Shown here piece by piece: positions 34,123 through 44,300 of a DNA stretch of 51,883 nucleotides. The first letter of the stretch is position 1. Every line of letters begins with the position of its first letter. Below the pieces are notes generated by a model that saw only the letters and a list, made by a program, of their open reading frames with translations, ran no database searches and was not told the DNA's origin. The translations under genes were made by a program, and so were the position numbers. This stretch comes from Catajapyx aquilonaris (taxonomy: Eukaryota), in assembly GCA_000934665.2 (NCBI GenBank), contig JYFJ02000716.1, positions 62,001 through 113,883 on the forward strand, read 5' to 3'.

Positions 34123-37100
34123 TCATTCCAAATCTCTAAGGTTGATAGTTGACTCTGGAAAATCATCCCTGGAAGAATTGGGGTCTGACAGCAGAAGCAC
34201 TTGAAATTCAGAAGGACCACCAGCCAGGGTCATCAGGTGATCACTCGGGTACAGGTCCTGGGAACTCGGAAGATCATCCTGCAAGAAGTAAGATGTTGCA
34301 AATCAGAATGTTGTGGCCATCAGACACATTTCGCAACGAGTTAACTCACAGTGAGAATGTTGTTGTGTATTGGCACTGATGGAGGGATTGGTTCCTGGCA
34401 AGTGACGACTCCCGATGTCAGAACCACGTCAGATGAAACTCCCACCCCGGCTAGTCCATGCGACGAAGGTTCACAAAGAAATGGACTCTTCGTAGGCGAC
34501 ATTTCTGCACAGCAAAATAAAGAATGTAGTTAAGCCATACCAAAAATTAAACCAGCAAATAAATTACCCATCTGCGGAGCTACTTTCTGCACCAAATGCT
34601 GCTTTTTCCTTGCCCTCTCACTGAGGATGTCATTAAAAGTGAGATCAGTCCGTGCAGCTCCCATGCTGTTCGCAGAGGCGGAAGGTGTGGTCGGACAGCT
34701 GTCGCACAAGGTTTCCTTCAAAGAAACCATTGCAGTTAAGGATCCCAGACTGTCAACTCGAGCTGACACACACTCACCACATCAAGAAAAACAGGTTCCA
34801 CAATCTCTTCCATGGGTAACACCTCTGGATTCAGGCTGTCTGGAACAGTGCTGCTCAGGAGCCCAGATTTTTTAGCCTCTGAATCACTCTTGGCTGACAA
34901 GCTCTTATCCTAGTACAGAGAAGAATATAACGACATTCGATTGAGTCTCATTGAAGCAGTAACTCTCTCAAGAGAAAAGGCTTTTCAAAAGAGAGATTGT
35001 TCTCACAGGTTCGTTATGTGGTGCTTCCGCAGCCAGCGGCACTTCAGCTACTCCACTGGGAAGGTGACCGTTCCCAAGAAGATGATGGTATCCTACATTG
35101 TCTGAAGAGAACAAGGAATGAGAAACCTCCACTACCCAATTAAAAAACTCAACTAAAACAATCCACTTACCAGAAATATAATCAGAAGGACTGACTAATC
35201 CATTTTTATCAGTAAGGGATAAATCACAGCCAGTGTTAAAATTGAAGGAACTTTGATCCGCCCCATCTGCAAATAAACAACATCACATTGTTTTAGTGTT
35301 TAATTGTTACAATTGCAAATTGAACTCCTCTCCGTAGGCACCCAATGTGTACTACATGCGAATAACTTTTTCTGTAATGATCACTTACTCAATGTTATGG
35401 TTTCAGACTCGGCATGGTTTTCACCAGGAGCAGACCCCAGTGTCTCCTGTGGGATGACCGCCTCTTCATCAGTTGTGAGGAGCGCAATGTAATCCAAGTG
35501 TATGGGAGATGTGGCTGAAATAAACACGTAACGTGAACATTCAATCCGCATGTGCGAATAAATTGACGTGTCACTCACATAAAATAGGCGTGTGGAACTT
35601 CAACATGTGCTGCCTGAGACTGGCCTTGCACATGTACTTCCGTATGCATTGCTCAACAGGGCAGTGGTATGTCACTTTCTCACTGTTGTTGCCATGCTTT
35701 TTCAGGTGAACATACAGGCTGCTTTTGGCCGTGAAGCGTGCACCACAATCTGTCGGGAAATTAAAAGGAGTCGTCATCATGCACATGTCTTAACATGTTG
35801 GTTACACATACCATCAACGGGACATTGGAAATTTCTAACTCCCATGTGGGTGAGCATATGTCCCTTGAGATGATCAGCTCGCAGAAACGACTTTCCACAT
35901 CCTTCTACGCTGCATTCATGCCTTCGTTCATTGGTGTGCTTCCTCTGGTGGCGTCTTAGCTTGCTGGCTGACGTAAAGGACCACATACATCCCTGACGGA
36001 AATACAAAGTCAGTAACACCTCAAAGGTACAAACGCGTAAAATGAAAGAATGTATTACTTCAAATTCACATGAATAAGGCCTATCCCCGGTGTGAGAGTG
36101 AAGGTGTGCCCTGAGCCTGCAGGGACGGTCAAACACCTTCCCGCATCCCACCCACTGGCACTTGACCTCCTCCTCTTTGTGCTGGTGGCTGCGGCAGTGC
36201 GACTGGAGCGAGTTCATAGTGAAATATGTTTTATCACAACCTTCAGCAGGGCACCTGGAAGTCGCAAAATGAACAGCGTAAATGAATCATCCAAATCTTT
36301 CAAACATTCAGCATCTGAATTATCGCTAACTTACTTGTAAGGTGCTTCCAGATTGTCGTGCCTACGCATATGTATTTCCAAGTCCCTTCGTGTCTGAAAC
36401 CTGGCACTGCACGTTTCCACAGGACACACCATGTCTGCCGGACGCAAGTGAAGCTTCTTGTGGGAGTTGAGATTGTACACTGTCGTAAAGCTACGGTTAC
36501 ATCCGGCCACAGGACACTGAAGACAAGAAAACAGAGTTACGGACACCATTTAAAGTTTAGGTAGCGATCCTTACTATGAATTCTTTCTTCTTGAGATGCG
36601 TTTCCATGTGCCTTTTAAGCTTGAAGTAAGTATGGAAGCTCCAGTAGCACCCTTCAAAATCGCACTGCAATAGAAGATTGTGGTATTAAAAAGAGTAATT
36701 GTAATGGACGCAAGACCTTTACGTACTTGGTATGGCTTCTTGTTGTGTGCATTAGCATGGGCTTTCAGCATGTGTTGTTTCGGATACATCTTTGTGCAAG
36801 GTCCTTCAGGGCAGACCCAATACCTCTGACCAGTTGAGTTCTTCACGAAGGTAAAGCTCTCCTCAGAATATTCCAGCCCGCTAATCGTGCTGTGATCAAT
36901 CGCTGAAAATTAAAATCAACTATTAATCACGCTGGAATCGTCACAAGACATAAAACCTTACAAGCAAAATCCTCCTCTGCGCACTCATCACGTGTCTTCT
37001 TTGGAATTATTTCTGCCGAGAAAATGACAGAAGCAATTAATCACATTGCATCATTGTAGCCACTGCCAAGTAGTCTCACCATCAGTACTCATTTCTTCAT

Positions 37101-38686
37101 CCCCTTCGTTACTGTCTCCATTCTCCGCACCTTCCTCTTCTTCCGCAGTCCCATCCCCTGCCGCCTCTCCATCTTCGCTCTTCACCAGTATCTTCTTACC
37201 TGCATCCTCCGCCCTACCCTGAGCCTTCTCCAGCCCTAATGCCGCCTTCATAAGCTCTGTCGACTTCACCTTAAACGTCTGCTCTCCTTGCGAAGTCGAG
37301 ATGACAATTTGGGTTAGGTTCTTCGCCCTATCCGTCGATATCAATATGGTCGCAATGGTGTTGTTCGGCGGGTCCTTCGCACTCTTCAGCTTCCCCTCCA
37401 GCGTTTTCCCACCATTCGGACTGCCCTTGGACACACTCGCACCCTTCACCGTCAGCAGTTTCGCAATATGGTTGGATATCTGCATCACGTCAATCCCCTT
37501 CGTGTCTTTATCACTTGGTGCAGCAATAGGCGGCGGTTCAGAAGGCAGTGGTTTCGTACTCACATTTGAACTGTAAGCGCAATGTACACAATCAGAATCA
37601 TAAAAATAGTGAACACTAAGGAAAGAGCGCGGAGTTAATCACTTGCTACTGTAGTGTACGACAGACAGATTTCAACCGTACTTGAATCAGATTTCACAAA
37701 CTTTGTCCGGACTTCAACTGGACTTCAAGAACTTTGTCCGTACTTCATCAACTCCGTCTGTACTTCATCAACTCCGTCCGGACTTCATCAACTTTGTCTG
37801 GATGTCATGAACTTCGTATGGACTTCATGACCTTCGTACGGACTTCATGAACTTCGTACGGACTTCATGATCTTTGAACGGACTTCATGAACTTTGTACG
37901 GACTTCATGAACTTTGTACGGACTTCATGAACTTTGTACGGACTTCATCAACTTTGTCCGGACTAAAACTGCATTATATGAACTTTGGACTTCAGTTGGA
38001 CTTCACAAACTTTGTCCAGACTTTAGACGGACTTCAACTGGACTTGGGTCTCGGTATACAAAAGGACTTTATAAGTGAACAACCCCTGGTTAAAGGGACA
38101 CTTGCCTCTCATTACTCTCAACCTGGGGCACTTCAGGCACTGACGAGGCAGCGGGTGCGGTCTCCTGCGGCAAGGCGAGTCCGTCCATCCCTTCCCGGGT
38201 GGAATCCACCCCGAAGAACGGCAGGAGGTCAACCGTGAGGAGGCTGTCAGTCATGGGGTCAATATGGAGCGTGAACAGGTTGAGTTCTGACAAGTCCACG
38301 TCCTTGGCGGACAGATCCATCTTCCCCTGTCGGCTGTCATCGAACTCGAACCCCCTAGAGGCCATGAAGCTATCGGACAGCTCCTCCAACTGGGCCAACT
38401 CATCCGCCGCGCTCTTCTTCTTGTCGTCATCCTTCTGGCTCATCATCATGGGACTCTGCGGAAACACCAGTGTCAGCCAGTGATGTACCCAAGGGTGCTG
38501 GTGGCGTACCTGTCCCATGTGATGGTCCTTGTGGTTGAGCACATGTTCCAGGAGGTCATCCAGGTCAGTCTGACCGTCGTCCTTCTGCTGGCACATGGCT
38601 CCATCTGCGCCAGGGTCTAGGAGGAGTCCCTGCCAGGGCGAGTGGGCTCCCCGTGGATGGCCCGCCACCTCCGACGGGGACTCCAT
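34123..38686 (-). CDS. ZXDC: ZXD-family C2H2 zinc-finger protein (ZXDC-like), ~17 exons, 10 fingers
   Basis: Fingers such as CNRSFTTVYNLNSH, CGKVFDRPCRLRAHLHSHTGDRPY, CGKSFLRADHLKGHMLTH and CGARFTAKSSLYVHLKKH. GAARTD motif and C-terminal FPESTINLRDLE* match the ZXD family. 5' exons 38686-38510, 38455-38106 (GC donor) and 37570-37080. Confidence 0.88.
37690..38045. repeat. 20-bp minisatellite (GGACTTCATGAACTTTGTAC) in ZXD intron
   Basis: About 13 consecutive units in 37709-37965, with degenerate flanking copies. Confidence 0.92.
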
Positions 38687-39103
38687 CCCGCAGGATTGAA
38701 GCCTGTGGATGATCCCACAGGAGATGGGAGAAGGAAAAAAAAAAAACAGGGAAGAAAAAGGGGGAAGAGGGAGAGAGAGGGATGAGTCGGGAGATGGCCG
38801 CTAGGGGCGTCTGTACCCACTCAAAATGGCTAGGAAAAGCGGGAGGATTCGAAATAATTAATTGTAATGTAGGTACAAATAATTAGGAGTCATACGTTGA
38901 CAGATATATGTAGTGTTTTTTTTATGGCCTGTTTATTTGTACAATAGGCGTCATTATTCGCACGGTGTACAAAGGTTAACATAATAGGGCCTGCGATGAG
39001 TCCAAACACAATCAGCTTGCTGAATTGTTTGTCGAATAAAAAAATATGGCAATAAAAAAATGAGTGCATTTTTTTTTGTCCTCGTGTCCAGGATTTGTAA
39101 TGG

Positions 39104-40899
39104 TTATTTCTTGGCCATTGTTGGGGTGTTGATTGCGGTTGATGCTGGGGGTGTGGAAGTTGATGGCGATGTGGTGGCGGTGGCGGTGGAGGTGGTGGAT
39201 GTGGGTGTGCCGCTGGTGGTGGGAACGGTGCCGCCAGGTCCCTGCTCTTCGCTCTCAAGCTGCTTCAGTAACCGGAAGAGAGCGGCTGCTTCCCGTATAC
39301 GACTGAACTCGATGCAGAATGCCTGAACCTCAATGAACAACTCCTGCACGTTGATGATTTTGTTGCGAATGAGCGACTGCAAAAAGACGCAGACCAGTCG
39401 CACCAGACGATTCTGCATGTACCGATCCTTGATGGTCTCGCAAGTCGAAATGCAGTTGGAGATGTAGAGATGAACAAACTCCGTTGGTAGCTCCACTGCT
39501 GTTGTCAGTCGACTCACGACCTCCATCGAGTGTAAGGACATCTCCATGTTGACCAAAACACTGAAGTAATCGGTTATCTGGCTTGACTGCATCAGCTTCA
39601 GCAGGACCTGCAAAGATTATCAAAATCAGTTTTTGGGATTCTCTATCATCGGACCGAGTTTACGCTTGAGCTATTTGATCAGTAATGTGCAGCGATGAGA
39701 CCAACAATATATTGTTCGCTCAGCGATGTGCAGATCGCCGATCACATCGCTTACATGTATCCGCTGCCTCAATACTGACCTCAACTGCAGTGAGCGGATT
39801 ATTTTCCACCAGATCCGGCAACTTTGTCGGTGTAAGCCCAACATGGTAGACCAATTTTGGGTCGCGATCCAGCTCCCCAAGCAAATGCTGCCTCTGCTGT
39901 ATGGTGAGTATTTCCTTGAAAGCTTTTCCCATCAAGCGTTTTGCTTCAACTCCGGCTGTGTTGGACGTGCACAGAGTGGCGTCAAAAGCGGGCCTGTGCG
40001 CACGGGGCTCTAGTGGCTCCATCCAGGCCAGCTCATCCTCGCACACATGCAGAGGGGGCACCAAACGCAAGAATTCAGGCTTGACACACTGTTCAACAAC
40101 AGGGTTAGGCCCAGTCAGAAGAGCCTCCACAGTCTTCTTAGCCTCCAGCGTTGTGCTTGTCGTTCCAGGTCTCACGTCCGGGTCGGCCAGTACAAGCGGG
40201 ATGGCCGAACGGGCACTACACGGGAGCTCGGCCGCCCGATCGGTGACGGATGCTAAGAGGGTGGAAGCATCAGTGGCCGCCATTACTCCAGGCATCGGTG
40301 GCGGTCCGCTGAATGGGTCAGATGATAAAACTTGTCTGGGGCTCTTCTTCAGCAGATCCTTAGCCGTTCCACCGAGCAACTGGATCAGGAAGCTCCTCTC
40401 CGCGTTTGTGATGGGCGCCAACTGGCCACCAAATTCCATCTTCTTGTTCATGCTCTTCGGCATATCCATAGGCGGATTCTGGAAAATAATGACACAGTTC
40501 AACCACATTTTTTGGGGGCTAAACGCTCCTGATATGTTACCAGCAAACGAGCGAAGACGGGCGCAAATGGTGTGGCCGCAATGGGCTCTCCCTTGTACAT
40601 GTCGTGCAGTAAGGTGATGGCCGTGATTCTTTGCGTAGCCTTCGGAAGTAGGTCCGGTTGCTGGAGCAGCAGCACTAGGGCGCATCCGACCTTGTAGTGA
40701 TCCTGCTTCTGGTTGAAACAGTGTTGCAGCTGGTTGGCAAGCGACTCCAGGCTCTGACTCTCCGTGTTCTCCTCACTCAGAATCCTGCATTGTATGGACC
40801 ATTAGTACATTATTATATGTCAATAGTACATTTTTGTTAAAAGGTAAACATTGCGGCTGACCCAAGGAGGGACGAGAGCTCCTTGACTGACAGCGCCAT
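39104..40899 (-). CDS. CNOT11: CCR4-NOT complex subunit 11 (~494 aa)
   Basis: Exons 40899-40862, 40784-40541, 40478-39780 and 39607-39104. Hallmark [29 protein letters not shown] and [21 protein letters not shown]...[23 protein letters not shown]. Confidence 0.96.
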
Positions 40900-41301
40900 T
40901 TTCTTTCCCTCCTCCAGTTGTCCTCCAGTCTGCGGGGTTGAACCCTAGCCTGGCTGTCACCCTTCGTTTCCTGGAGCCATCGGGTCACAAATGGGGAGAC
41001 AAGCTGCACTTTTTTAAGGCCAAGGTTGCAGCCATTTTCGGGAAGCCGGGTGTTGCGCTTCCATTCTTCGCCAGGTGGCAGCAGCATCGCTCGATTGCCC
41101 ATTGGCCCATCAAATGCGCCTTATTCAAAAATTCATGTTTGTCAGGCTTTCCTTATTGCGAACATCTCATTACCCAATCTACAGCTTTCGCGACAAAACA
41201 ACAGTAGAAAAACTACCATTTGAAAAAACTATTTTGACAATAATTTTTTATTTGGATACAGTGTTGCAGTTCATGTAACAAACTCGGCATTTTCATCACG
41301 C

Positions 41302-44300
41302 TCACTTCTCGGCTTCTGAAAAGTCATTGTCGATTTGAACTTTGATTGCTTGGCATTCCAGAGTGTTCAGATTCACAACGACAAACGTGTGAGTTGTAAT
41401 GAAAGATGGAACGGCGACCAAGCGAACATCTTGGCTTGTAGATGCTGAAAGCGACAAAAAAAAAAAGGCGGATTAGTTTCACCTAGTAACTGCTCCATGA
41501 TCGTAGAAACTTACAAAACACATTGCCACTTGCAAATGACCTATTTTTTTTCTTTCGCAAAAGTCATTCCATACACACACCATGATATTGTTTCACACAC
41601 ATTTGATTTCACAAAATGCTTGTACGTCAAGTGACTAGATTTACTGACCTTTGTAAAGTCTTGTGCTGAACTGGTCATTGTTACCAGAGAAAAATATGTG
41701 TGGACACACTTCCATCACAAAGGGATCCTTGTCGTAGTAGGGGTAACAGTCTGAAACAGGAAGGTTAGAAGAACAAAGTTGTTAAACAATGTCGTACACA
41801 ACAATGAGTTATTTTAAAGGCATATGCAGGGTCTTTAATGGAAAATGCTTGTTGTACTACTCCGTACAAGTTCATTGCAAAAATGCAGTGCTGATTTCAA
41901 AAGCAGTTAAATATTAATATGGGTACCCAAAGTGTCAGGAGCTGTAGGAGCCAGGTGCCTCCACTCCAACATCTTCTCCATGATGTCAAGCGGATCGTTC
42001 ATATCAGAATTTCTGATCACATCCTGGACATTCTGCCCTGAAGTTCCCATCAACGTGCAGCCATCCAACTTGCACTCAAATGGGTTAGTTACAGTGTGCG
42101 TTGTAGGATACTTCTTCGACTGCAAGAACAAAACATAAATAAATGAAGCACCCCAGTCTTCATCTGGCTAATATAAGAAACAACTGGTTTCAAACAATTA
42201 TGGTCCTTTAGAGTTACATTTGGTAGCATGCACTGGTGAAAGGGCTGCTGAGGTATGCCACAGTCTGTAGGATCATCCTCTCCCGGCATCAAGTGAACAT
42301 CTACACACATCTGTTGACAAAATTTAATCATGTAAAGACAGGTAGGGGTATACTTTCCATATCAATTACGAAGTATAATCAATGGTAATATAAGAAAAAA
42401 TTACTACCGCATAGAGAAATCAGCTAGTGATGAAAAACAGTACCCAAAAAATGAATAAATTACACTCACGGCAAGTTGCTGCATGAAAAAATCCAAGTAT
42501 TTGACCCCTTCCTTGTTCTCCTGGCCAACATCTTGTGCCCTGTCAAAAATCTCCCTACCGTGACTGATCGGACTCACAGAGTTCCCTGAAAAAGCAAATT
42601 AAACAAGACATTATTTGCATAGTTTTTAAGTAAAGATTTGGCTGACAAGAGCGTAAAAATTAAGTCATAGCGCAATACCTGCAATAATAACCCTGCCGAT
42701 TTTGGCTGCAAACTCAGTCTCTTCCTTGCCTCCAAGTTGGCCAGACACCATGTCCACCATCATCTGAACAGGAAAGCACTTACTTGCGGATGCAGTCAGT
42801 GACAGACCAGAAACCAGAACCACAAACCTAAAAAAGTGACACTGGAGTCATAACTGAATGCACTGGAAACAAGTTTTGGAAATCATGCAAGCACATTGAC
42901 GGCACTTACTTGTCAGTAGACAAGCTCCTCTGAGGTTGCTCAGGTGGCCCAGCAAAACAAAGGTCCATGACTTGAAATTTTCCACCAGCTAACACATTGC
43001 CAAAAACTGCACATACTACTCCTGTAACAGAGTCAGAATGTGCAAAAACCAAGCGCAAAGAATTCATCATTCTTTTAAAAAAATCACATGATACGCAGCA
43101 ACAGACTGATAACGTAATGAACTGAAGATCAATTCATACACACCTGTGACATAGTTTGCAATTGATAAGTCTCCCACCAATCGTATTCGATGCTGCTCAT
43201 CTTCCAAGATCAATTCGTCATTGTCACTGATGTACTTCTCTCGAGGCAACTGAGGCAGCTCGTTCAGCTACACAAGAGAACATAAGAATTAATGCAAGGG
43301 GATTTAAAATGCGAGTGTTCTGGCACTGGCCAAACACCAGTAGGCATATGCAGTGGAGCTTTGATTATCGGTTATCTGAAAAATCAGTTTATCCGAACAC
43401 CCCCAGTCCCCCATTGTTTCGGATAATCGAGGCTCCACTGTATTACAACGAAACACGTCCATAGTAAAATTGCCGGAGCTTCAAAACTTAGCAAAAGTCA
43501 TCTCTGTACGTGTTACTGTTTTAGAATTCAATATACGAGCAATGACTTATGAATCAACTCACGCATATGAACAACTACAACTCTATGACAATTACCTCCT
43601 CACTGATCTCCTTAAGAACACTTGGTTTTAGCTCCTGGTTCTTAAATAGTGTTCCAATAATGATGCAATCCCCACCAGACGCATCTGCCAATTCTGACAG
43701 CTTGCAAATTTGTACGGTCTCACCTGAAAAGATCAGAAATGTCATCGATGTAATAAAAATTGACCCAAGGTTCAGTTGATGTTATAGTTTTCTGTAGACC
43801 AGGTTGAGAAAGATGTTGTACACGGGTTAAAGTAAGAAACACTTTTATTGCAAGTAAGAAGAAACAGTGTAAAACACTTGTACAAATAAGGTAAAGTAAA
43901 TCACCATTAATTCAATAGGTAAATCAACACTAATACAAAATGTGGGGTTCAACCAGGTCGAAAGTCACACGTCGAAGGATGATTTATGAACTACTGCATG
44001 TAATTCAGCCGCGGCCACATTCTCCTCTATCTCTCTGTGATAAATTTCTGGTAAAAGCACAAATTTTGCTTTACACACACTCAAAAGGAATGGTGGGTAA
44101 CAATTTAAACCCTACAAGAGCTTAATCGCTTTCACTTTTGCTGTGGGAGGAGGGTGTTGGCACTTCACTGGTAGCACATTCCACCAGAACTGGGCTAGGT
44201 CGGTCCCATAAATTCCTAATGTAGCACATCCCAATGGCTCCAGGACATTGTAGCTCGGCTCTGGATCACAGACCTGGTGACTGGCGACGTCTTGATGTCG

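Noticed and set aside
37690..38045. CRISPR-like array
   Set aside because: Head-to-tail repeats with no unique spacers, in a eukaryotic intron, with no cas genes.
38795..38810. CTCF-like site CCGCTAGGGGCG
   Set aside because: One base short of the AGRKGGC core; not supportable without ChIP data.
39901..40617. 238-aa plus-strand ORF
   Set aside because: Antisense to CNOT11 coding exons.
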